From Chloroflexota bacterium (lineage in GTDB: Bacteria; Chloroflexota; UBA11872): DNA of 64,000 nucleotides. This document shows positions 27,766-37,661 of the stretch, in pieces. Below the pieces are notes generated by a model, which was not told the origin of the DNA, did no database searches, and worked only from the letters and a program-made list of their open reading frames with translations. The stretch lies in NCBI GenBank assembly GCA_965208215.1, contig CBDBOH010000003.1, positions 826,129 to 890,128 of the forward strand. Reading direction: 5' to 3'. The stretch's first letter is position 1; every line of letters starts with the position of its first letter. Position numbers and translations under genes: made by a program.

Positions 27766-28143
27766 ATGAGCGCTGAGTTGGTCGGCATCCTGAGCGTTGG
27801 CGCGACGCTGGTTGTGGGCGGGCTAGCCACCGCCGGCGCGGTTGTCGGCCTGATCTTGAGGCTTGATAGCCGATCGAGTGATCGCATGGACGCTATGGAA
27901 GAGCGTCTCAGCGCCCGCATGGACCGCATGGACTCCCGGATGGACAGTCTGGAGTCGCGTCAGTACGAACTTGTGCAGGCCGTCGTACGCATGGACGCGA
28001 CCCAGCAGGCCATGTTGGAGACGCTGGCCCGGATTGAAGAGCGCACCGGATCCGCCGGCAATCCGCCTGGGCAGCAGGCCGTCTTCGAGGCCGGCGCCAA
28101 GGCGGGCGACGAGCCGCGGCAGTCCGCGCCAGCTCCTGCGTAG
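27766..28143 (+). CDS. small N-terminally TM-anchored coiled-coil protein with RMD-type repeats
   Basis: TM LVGILSVGATLVVGGLATAGAVVGLIL, then DRMDAMEERLSARMDRMDSRMDSLESRQYELVQAVVRMDATQQAMLETLARIEERT. It resembles the heptad protein at 48593..48919. Confidence 0.45.
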   Translation: MSAELVGILSVGATLVVGGLATAGAVVGLILRLDSRSSDRMDAMEERLSARMDRMDSRMDSLESRQYELVQAVVRMDATQQAMLETLARIEERTGSAGNPPGQQAVFEAGAKAGDEPRQSAPAPA

Positions 28144-28275
28144 CGGCCCTGAGTGCCGACACCCCCCAAGTGGGGCGGCGCACGCGGGAATCCCTGACTG
28201 GGCGCTAGGTACAATCAGGCCCCCACAGCACAGCGTATCGCGGCCATTCGTACGGTTGCGGGCGGAGGCTGTCGC

Positions 28276-29193
28276 ATGTTGACTTTTGGCCGGCTCATTA
28301 CCGCGGTGATTACCCCGTTCGCCGATGACGGATCGGTGGACTACGACACGTTCGGACGCCTGGTGTCCGGACTCGTCGACGCCGGCAACGACGCGGTCGT
28401 CGTCACCGGCACCACCGGTGAGTCCCCGGTGCTCAGCGACGACGAACGCTTCCAGCTCTACCGTGAGGCGCTGGCGGCCGTTGGCGACCGCGCCCTGGTG
28501 ATCGCCGGCACGGGCGGCTACAACACCGCCGAAAGCGTGCACCTGTCGCGCGAAGCCGCCGAAATCGGCGTCCACGGCCTCCTGCAGGTCACGCCCTACT
28601 ACAACAAGCCCCCTCAGGACGGGCTGGTCCTCCACTTCGAGACCATCGCGGCGGCCACGCCGCTGCCCAACATGCTTTACAACGTGCCGGCCCGCACCAG
28701 CCTCAACATGACCGCCGACACGGTGGCGCGCCTGAGCGCCGTGGACAACATCGTCGCCGTCAAGGAAGCCAGCGGGGACTTCGATCAGATCGCCGAGATC
28801 GCCCGCACCGCCGAAGACGGCTTCGACATCTACAGCGGCAACGACAGCGACACCTACCTGCTCATGGCCCTGGGCGGCGTGGGCGTGGTGAGCGTGCAGT
28901 CGCATGTCGTCAGCGGCGAAACCCGCGACATGATCGACGCCTTTGTGGAAGGCGACCTCGAAACGGCGCGTCAGAAGCATCTGCACCTGTTGCCGATCGC
29001 TCGCGCGCTGTTCCCCGCCGGTTGGCCCAACCCAATCGCCGTCAAGGCGGCCGTGAATCTGAGCGGTTTTTCGGTGGGTGTCCCACGCTCGCCCCTGATC
29101 GAGTTCCCGGCGGCCATGCAGGAAGACCTCAAGTCGGTGCTCGACCTCTACGAACTGGACGCCTTCCTCCAGCCCGCTGCGGTGCATGCGTAG
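28276..29193 (+). CDS. dapA: 4-hydroxy-tetrahydrodipicolinate synthase
   Basis: ITAVITPF...VVVTGTTGESPVLS and active-site Lys region AVKEASGD. 305 aa, class I aldolase DapA. Confidence 0.9.
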   Translation: MLTFGRLITAVITPFADDGSVDYDTFGRLVSGLVDAGNDAVVVTGTTGESPVLSDDERFQLYREALAAVGDRALVIAGTGGYNTAESVHLSREAAEIGVHGLLQVTPYYNKPPQDGLVLHFETIAAATPLPNMLYNVPARTSLNMTADTVARLSAVDNIVAVKEASGDFDQIAEIARTAEDGFDIYSGNDSDTYLLMALGGVGVVSVQSHVVSGETRDMIDAFVEGDLETARQKHLHLLPIARALFPAGWPNPIAVKAAVNLSGFSVGVPRSPLIEFPAAMQEDLKSVLDLYELDAFLQPAAVHA

Positions 29194-29196
29194 CGC

Positions 29197-29823
29197 GTGA
29201 TCGGCCTTCCGACCTTTCCTGACCTCGCGAGCCTCGCGTCTGTCGTCCGGACCTGTGAACGGTGCGGCTTGCACCGTGGCCGAAACAACGCGGTCCCCGG
29301 CGAGGGGTCACCGACTGCGCGCGTCGTCTTTATTGGCGAGGGCCCAGGGTTCCATGAGGACCGCCTGGGCCGCCCGTTTGTTGGCCAGGCCGGGCAACTG
29401 CTGGATGAGCTGATTCACGGCATCGATATGCGCCGGGCCGACGTGTTCATCGCCAACGTCTTGAAATGCCGCCCGCCCAGCAATCGCGACCCATTACCGG
29501 ATGAGGCGGAGGCTTGCCGTCCCTATTTGGACCAGCAGCTCGAGCTGATCAGACCCGACCTAGTGGTGCTGCTGGGTCGCCACGCGCTCAACGCATTCTT
29601 TCCTGATGCGCGCATCTCACGCGCCCGCGGCGTGGCGCGAAGGCTGAACGGTCGGGTCTACCTTCCCGTCTACCATCCGGCGGCGGCCTTGCGGCAACTA
29701 CGCCTGCGCGACGTGCTGGCCCAGGACTTCCAGATGATTCCTAAGCTGCTGGCCGACGCGACCGCGGTCGAACCCGACCCGCCGCCACCGCCCGACACGC
29801 AGCAACTCTCATTCTTCGCCTAA
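29197..29823 (+). CDS. udg: uracil-DNA glycosylase, family 4
   Basis: CERCGL Fe-S cysteines, GEGPG motif (VVFIGEGPGFHEDRLGRPFVGQAGQLLDELI), and HPAAALR near the C-terminus. Confidence 0.85.
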   Translation: MIGLPTFPDLASLASVVRTCERCGLHRGRNNAVPGEGSPTARVVFIGEGPGFHEDRLGRPFVGQAGQLLDELIHGIDMRRADVFIANVLKCRPPSNRDPLPDEAEACRPYLDQQLELIRPDLVVLLGRHALNAFFPDARISRARGVARRLNGRVYLPVYHPAAALRQLRLRDVLAQDFQMIPKLLADATAVEPDPPPPPDTQQLSFFA

Positions 29824-29848
29824 CGCACCGAACCCCGGAACCTTACCC

Positions 29849-31525
29849 ATGACAAGTGAATCTTCGACCGAAGTCGTGCGCGTCGTCTCCATCGGCGGCA
29901 TTGGCGAAATCGGCAGGAACTGCACCGTGATCGAGTACGGCGACGATGCCATCGTGCTCGACTGCGGCATTACCTTCCCCGACGCCAACATGCTCGGCGT
30001 CGATCTTGTATTGCCGAATTTCACCTACCTGCGCGAAGTCCGGCACAAGCTACGCGCCTTCGTCATTACGCACGGTCACGAAGACCATATTGGCGCGCTG
30101 CCCTACGCCCTTTCCGAATTCAACCTGCCGATCTATGGCTCCAAGCTCACGCTTGGCCTGGTGGGCGTCAAGCTGGAAGAGCCCGGCTTGCGCGACCAAG
30201 CGGATCTGCGCGTGGTCAAAGCGCGAGAAACCGTCACCATCGGCCCTTTCCGCTGCCAGTTCTTCGACGTCTGCCACAGCATTCCGGACGCCATGGGCGT
30301 GGCCATTCATACGCCCATTGGGACCATCGTCCACACCGGCGACTTCAAGATCGACCACACGCCGGTGGACGGCGTTCCGCCGGACTTCCAGACCCTTGGC
30401 CGCCTCGGCGAGGAAGGCGTGCTGCTGCTGATGTCGGACAGCACCTATGCCGATCAGCCGGGCCACACGCCGTCCGAGGCAGTTATTGCCGAGACGTTCG
30501 ACCGGGTCTTCAATGACGCACCCGGTCGCATCATCGTCGCCACCTTTTCGTCGCTGATCTCGCGCGTGCAGCAGGTCGTCGACGCCGCCTACGCCTACGG
30601 CCGTCGCGTCGCTTTCGTCGGTCGCAGCATGGAGCGCAATGTGCGCGTGGCCCGCGACCTGGGCTATCTGCATGTGCCGGACGACGCCATGGAAGTCGAC
30701 CCACGCGACTTGCGCGACTACCCGGGCGACGAGTTGGCCATCATCTGCACCGGATCCCAGGGCGAGCCGCGCTCCGCGCTGGTGCGGATGGCCAACCGCG
30801 ACCACCGCTTCATCGACCTGCTGCCCGACGACACGGTCGTTGTCTCGGCTTCGGCCATCCCGGGCAACGAAGAGGCCGTGAACCAGACCATCGACCGCCT
30901 GGCCAGACAGGGCGCGCGCGTGCTTTACGAGCGACTGTTGCCGGTGCACGTCTCGGGGCACGCCGGCCAGGAAGACCTCAAGTTCATGCTCACCACCCTT
31001 CAACCCAAGTTCTTCATGCCGGTCCACGGCGAGTATCGGCACCTGGAGGAGCACCGGCGCCTGGCGGAGCGCGTGGGCGTGGATGCCGAGCACGTGCTGG
31101 TGGCCGAGTCCGGGTCCATCGTCGAACTGTCGCCGGACGACATCAGCGTCGTCGGCGAGACCGACGTCAGCAACGTCTACGTCGACGGGCTGACGGTTGG
31201 CGAGGAAAGCGATGCCACGCTCCGCGACCGTCGCCACCTCGCCGAAGGCGGCCTGGTGATTACCGTTGTCAACATCGACCGTCACACTGGTCAATGCTTG
31301 ACAGACCCGGATATCATCACAAGGGGATTTGTGTACGCATCGGACGCTCAAGACGAGTTGCTGGAGCGTGCTCGCGACACCGTGCGAACGGTTGTCGAGA
31401 CCGGCGACCGCCCGGACCCTTCCCCGGCGTATCTACAAAAGAAGATCCGGAACGCACTCGGGAGGCGGCTGTTCCGGGAAACCCGGCGGCGACCGGTGGT
31501 TTTGCCGATCGTTACTGAGGTTTAG
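29849..31525 (+). CDS. rnj: ribonuclease J
   Basis: Metallo-beta-lactamase HxHxDH (VITHGHEDHIGALPY), beta-CASP region and the C-terminal domain. 558 aa. Confidence 0.9.
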   Translation: MTSESSTEVVRVVSIGGIGEIGRNCTVIEYGDDAIVLDCGITFPDANMLGVDLVLPNFTYLREVRHKLRAFVITHGHEDHIGALPYALSEFNLPIYGSKLTLGLVGVKLEEPGLRDQADLRVVKARETVTIGPFRCQFFDVCHSIPDAMGVAIHTPIGTIVHTGDFKIDHTPVDGVPPDFQTLGRLGEEGVLLLMSDSTYADQPGHTPSEAVIAETFDRVFNDAPGRIIVATFSSLISRVQQVVDAAYAYGRRVAFVGRSMERNVRVARDLGYLHVPDDAMEVDPRDLRDYPGDELAIICTGSQGEPRSALVRMANRDHRFIDLLPDDTVVVSASAIPGNEEAVNQTIDRLARQGARVLYERLLPVHVSGHAGQEDLKFMLTTLQPKFFMPVHGEYRHLEEHRRLAERVGVDAEHVLVAESGSIVELSPDDISVVGETDVSNVYVDGLTVGEESDATLRDRRHLAEGGLVITVVNIDRHTGQCLTDPDIITRGFVYASDAQDELLERARDTVRTVVETGDRPDPSPAYLQKKIRNALGRRLFRETRRRPVVLPIVTEV

Positions 31526-31565
31526 CTAAGGGGCGGGCCGAAGCCCGCGCCGAGGAGGGCCTCCC

Positions 31566-33728
<2,163 letters not shown>

Positions 33729-33826
33729 CGCGCTGATGCGCTCCTCCTGACGCCAGCGTTGGCGCCTGAGAGCGCTATGCCCTCAATCCGGTGGGTTGCT
33801 CTCCATCGGCCCAGAGTTGCCGGATT

Positions 33827-34309
33827 TCACTCGGAATAGACCCGAGTAATCCTGCATTCATTTACTTCGATATGCGTAAAGAACCGGTAGCCAGTCACTC
33901 GACCTCGAATTGTCATGAGTTGTCCTTTCGTCAAGGACGCCAGTTGTTCGTCATCCCTTTCGCGGAGTATGCACTGGACACCTCTGGGCGAGAGGGCTTT
34001 ACCGTCCGAAATCGTAACGACCGTCATCCAAAGAAAGTTCTCCGTTGATCGAATCTCTCCGGTAACCTCCACGACTCGTCCCACATATGGTGGCGGACGC
34101 AATCGCCGCCCTGATATTCCGCCCATCTGACCTTGCGTGAAGTGGCCGGCGGACAGGGACGGGACAGGCTCGGCTGCTGGCTCTGGTGACTCGCTCTCAC
34201 TGGATTCGATCCCTGGAACGCAAGCGCCCATGACCATCCCAGCGCCGAGCATGAGTAGGAGCAGAACTTGGCCGACAAGGGCTTTAGCTGGCCCTTGGAA
34301 GCGGTCCAC
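33827..34309 (-). CDS. hypothetical lipoprotein in a low-GC islet
   Basis: Signal plus lipobox-like LLMLGAGMVMGAC, acidic S/E/P linker and a small C-terminal domain. Local GC (about 55%) is clearly below the flanking sequence (over 65%). Confidence 0.5.
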   Translation of the reverse strand: MDRFQGPAKALVGQVLLLLMLGAGMVMGACVPGIESSESESPEPAAEPVPSLSAGHFTQGQMGGISGRRLRPPPYVGRVVEVTGEIRSTENFLWMTVVTISDGKALSPRGVQCILRERDDEQLASLTKGQLMTIRGRVTGYRFFTHIEVNECRITRVYSE

Positions 34310-34452
34310 CGCACTTAGATCCGTGACCTTGGCCGAGAGTCCGATGCACAGCTAAAGCCTTGGCTGTATCGCTCTGCTTTCGTACTCCCTGTCACCGAAA
34401 CACTTCATTCGCCCGCCCTGGCGGATCTACGATGACCCGCGTGCCGCGTTTG

Positions 34453-35301
34453 TCAACTCACCGGCGCCGCGGCTCTCGCTCTGGACGTGGACATCCCCTT
34501 GACAAGCACACCCGGCAGCAGCACAACCAGATGTTCGCTCGCCCGGCCTTCGGCCGCCGCCGCTAGGTACGCCACGCCTAGCCTCCCCATCTCCTCCTTC
34601 TCGAACGTCACCGCCGTCATCGGCGGCGTCGTGTGATTGGTAGCGTTCGGCTCGGTCAGTTGGGTGAACGTGGTCCCTAGGAATGAAACGTCGCCAGGAA
34701 TGGCCACGCCGGCCTCCGTGAGTGTCCGCAGCGCCGCCAGCGCCATGGGCATGTTCTGCACGTAAATCGCGTCCGGCAGATCGCCGCGCGCCAACATGGC
34801 CACGGCCGCCGTCTGTCCGGTCGTCTCGGCCTGTGGGCCAGAGTAAATGTCCGTTTCGGCCAGTGCGTGGCCGGCGACCGCGGCGGCGTCTCGAAACCCC
34901 GCAAATCGAGACCCGTGGTAGGTGTCCGTCTTCGCCGGGTCGCCCGGTAGCACTACCGCCAGGCGCTCGTGTCCCAGGTCCAGCAGGTGCCGCGCGGCCG
35001 TGCGCCCAATGTCGTGATTGTCGGGCGCAATGTTCGCGCAGCCGGAAACAACGTGCTCGGACACGACCGACGGTCGCTCGTGTCCTCGCAGAAAGTCCAG
35101 GTCCGCGCCCTCGGGCCCAAAGGTCAGCAGCCCGTCAACCTCCGGCGCCCGTGCCGCCGCGGCCGCCAGCGAGCCCTCCGCAAACGTGTGCAGGCTCAGC
35201 CCATGCCCGCCGCGCGCCGCCTCCAACTGCGCGTGATAGAGCGCCACGCTGTAGGCGCCGGAGTTAAACCCCTCGCAATAGAACACCCCAATGTGCGTCA
35301 T
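34453..35301 (-). CDS. LacI-family ligand-binding domain protein lacking the N-terminal HTH DNA-binding domain (copy 1)
   Basis: 282 aa beginning MTHIGVFYCEGF, which corresponds to the first beta-strand of the LacI/PurR periplasmic-binding fold. The whole length is colinear with LacI ligand-binding domains (DGLL.., DNHDIGRTAARHLLDLGHERLAVV, AIYVQNMPMALAALRTLTEAGVAIPGDVSFLG, PPMTAVTFEKEEMGRLGVAYL). There is no room upstream for an HTH. Confidence 0.75.
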   Translation of the reverse strand: MTHIGVFYCEGFNSGAYSVALYHAQLEAARGGHGLSLHTFAEGSLAAAAARAPEVDGLLTFGPEGADLDFLRGHERPSVVSEHVVSGCANIAPDNHDIGRTAARHLLDLGHERLAVVLPGDPAKTDTYHGSRFAGFRDAAAVAGHALAETDIYSGPQAETTGQTAAVAMLARGDLPDAIYVQNMPMALAALRTLTEAGVAIPGDVSFLGTTFTQLTEPNATNHTTPPMTAVTFEKEEMGRLGVAYLAAAAEGRASEHLVVLLPGVLVKGMSTSRARAAAPVS

Positions 35302-35384
35302 CAGTCCGCCTCCGGCCGAACCAGATTCGGCGCAATCTACGCAGCCTCCCGCAGCCTGGACCCGCCGGTGCCGAGGTTCGCCGC

Positions 35385-36233
35385 TTAGCCCACCAACGCT
35401 GCGGCCCGTGCGGCTGCCGTAGACGCGCCGGCGACCAGCACCCCCGGCAGCAGCGCTTCCAGTCGCCCACTCGCCCGGCCCGCGGCCGCCGCGGCCAGGT
35501 AGGCCACGCCCTGGCGGCCCATCTCCGCTTTCTCAAACGTCACAGCCGTCATCGGCGGTGTCGTGTGCTCGGTGGCCGCCGGCACGTTCAACTGGGCGAA
35601 CGTGGTTCCAAGAAAGGAAACGTCGCGGGGAACAGCTACCCCGGCCTCCGTGAGCGTCCGCAGCGCGGCCAGCGCCATCGGCAGGTTCTGCACGTATATG
35701 GCACCCGGCAGATCGCCGCGCGCCAGCATGGCCTCCACCGCCGTTTGTCCGGTCGTTTCGACCTTTTCGCCGAAATAGATGTCCGAGTCGTCCAGCGGGT
35801 ATCCCGCGGCGGCTGCCGTGTCCTGGAATCCGGCAAAGCGGGAGCCGTGGTAGCTGTCAAGGTTGTCCGGGTCGCCCGGCAGCACCACCGCCAGCCGCTC
35901 GTGCCCCAGGTCTAGCAGGTGCCGCGCGGCGGTGCGCCCGATGTCGAAATTGTCCGGCGCCACATAGGCGCAGCCGGGAACGATGCGCTCGCACACCACC
36001 GACGGTCGCGAGTGCCCAAGCAGGAACTCAAGGTCGGCCGCTCCCGTGGCGAACGCCAGCAGGCCGTCAACCTCCGGCGCGTGCTCGGCCGCAGCCGCCA
36101 GTGAATCTTCCGGGAACTGGTGAATGCTCATCCCATGCCCGCCGCGCGCTGCCTCCACCTGGGCGTGATAAAGCGCCATGGAATACGCCCCGGGATCGAA
36201 CCCCTCGCAATAGAACACCCCGATGTGCGCCAT
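35385..36233 (-). CDS. LacI-family ligand-binding domain protein lacking HTH (copy 2; about 75% identical tandem paralog)
   Basis: 282 aa, MAHIGVFYCEGF..., colinear with copy 1 over its full length. It is 83 bp upstream of copy 1 and 34 bp downstream of the MFS gene. Confidence 0.75.
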   Translation of the reverse strand: MAHIGVFYCEGFDPGAYSMALYHAQVEAARGGHGMSIHQFPEDSLAAAAEHAPEVDGLLAFATGAADLEFLLGHSRPSVVCERIVPGCAYVAPDNFDIGRTAARHLLDLGHERLAVVLPGDPDNLDSYHGSRFAGFQDTAAAAGYPLDDSDIYFGEKVETTGQTAVEAMLARGDLPGAIYVQNLPMALAALRTLTEAGVAVPRDVSFLGTTFAQLNVPAATEHTTPPMTAVTFEKAEMGRQGVAYLAAAAAGRASGRLEALLPGVLVAGASTAAARAAALVG

Positions 36234-36267
36234 CTGCCGATACCCCTCCTACCTGATCCGGCGCAGT

Positions 36268-37503
36268 CTACGTAGCCCGACGCAGCGTCGGACGCGCCAC
36301 CCACACCGCCGCAAACACCGTCGCCACCACGGCCGCGCCGATCAGCGTCGCGGCCTGAATGCCGACCGTTTCCGCTATGGACCCGATGACCAGCGCTCCG
36401 ACTGGCGACAGCCCGATGAAGGTGATGGTGTTCAGGCTCATCACGCGGCCGTAGTAGGCCTCGGTCGCCTCAAGTTGCAGCATCGTCCGCACGCATGCCG
36501 AAAACACGGTAATCAAGAGCCCCACTAGCACCAGCAGCACCAGCGAGAGGCCGAGGGACGTTGAGACCGCGAATCCCACCAGCGCCGCCAGGTACCCCGC
36601 CACGGCGATTCCGGCCAGGCGACCGTTCGCCGGCAGCCAGTTGACGCTCGCCACCACGAACGCTCCGATCACCGAGCCCAGACCCGGTGCCGCAATCAAC
36701 CAGCCCAGGCCGGTCACGTCCGCAAACAGCACTTCGCGCGCAAAGACCGGCGCCAACTGCTGGAACGAGCGCCCGAACAGGCTGGCAACAGCCGACACCA
36801 GCAGTACCAGCACGATCAGTTCGCGGCTGAACGCAAACCGCAGGCCGTCCCGCACGCTCTTCAAGACCGCCTCGCGGGGCCGGGGCTTGAACGGCGGCAG
36901 GTTTAGCAGCGCCAGCGCCACGAAGACCGGCACGGTGCTGGCGGCATTGATGAACAGCACCCCGGCCGCGCCGATTACCGGGACCAGCAGGCCCGCAATC
37001 GCCGGACCCAGCAGCGCCCCGCCGGTAAAGACCACCGCATGCAGAGCAATGGCCTTCCGCAGGTCCTCCCGGGGAACCAGCGCGGGCACGATGGCCTGCC
37101 TCGTCGGTTGATCGAAGGCTCCGGCGATCGAGGCCAGCATGGCGATTACCGCGAAGTGCCAGACCTGCGCCACGTCGGCAGCAACAATGATTGCGAGCAA
37201 CAGGCCCAGCAGCGCCTGGCTGACCTGCGTAATCCACAGCAGCGTGCGGCGGTCCATCCGGTCGGCTACCACGCCGCCGAAGAAGGGCAGCACCACCATG
37301 GGGACGCCGCGTGCCGCGGCCACCATGCCGACCCAGAACGCCGAGCGCGTCATCTCGTCGGTCAGCCAGCCCACCACCAGGATCTGCATCCACGTCCCCG
37401 AATGCGAGATCACCAGGCTGAACCAGAACAGCGCAAAGTTCCGGTGCCGCAGTACGCCGGGTCGTGGGTCGGCCAGGCGCCGTGGCAATACGCGGCCGAT
37501 CAT
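36268..37503 (-). CDS. MFS transporter (EntS/DUF894-like family), paralog 1
   Basis: 12-TM MFS topology with the conserved NFALFWFSLVISHSGTWMQ N-terminus and GGVVADRMDRR motif-A-like loop. It is related to the MFS pair at 44897..47578. Confidence 0.8.
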   Translation of the reverse strand: MIGRVLPRRLADPRPGVLRHRNFALFWFSLVISHSGTWMQILVVGWLTDEMTRSAFWVGMVAAARGVPMVVLPFFGGVVADRMDRRTLLWITQVSQALLGLLLAIIVAADVAQVWHFAVIAMLASIAGAFDQPTRQAIVPALVPREDLRKAIALHAVVFTGGALLGPAIAGLLVPVIGAAGVLFINAASTVPVFVALALLNLPPFKPRPREAVLKSVRDGLRFAFSRELIVLVLLVSAVASLFGRSFQQLAPVFAREVLFADVTGLGWLIAAPGLGSVIGAFVVASVNWLPANGRLAGIAVAGYLAALVGFAVSTSLGLSLVLLVLVGLLITVFSACVRTMLQLEATEAYYGRVMSLNTITFIGLSPVGALVIGSIAETVGIQAATLIGAAVVATVFAAVWVARPTLRRAT

Positions 37504-37661
37504 GCTTGGTGCCCGCTAGATTCAGTCACTCGACAAAGACTCATCTGGCTAAGCGCGGCTGGAGTCCGACCTGCGAACCTTATCCGGCTGCGGGCAGGAC
37601 TGTAACGACGCGGGCGATCGCCAACCGCACGACACGTGTATCGCCGCGCTTTGCAGCGGCG

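Noticed and set aside
34190-34215. tRNA T-arm-like string GGATTCGATCC
   Set aside because: It lies inside the lipoprotein CDS (encodes ...PGIESSESE... on the minus strand). No acceptor or anticodon arms can be built around it. I found no tRNA genes in the window.
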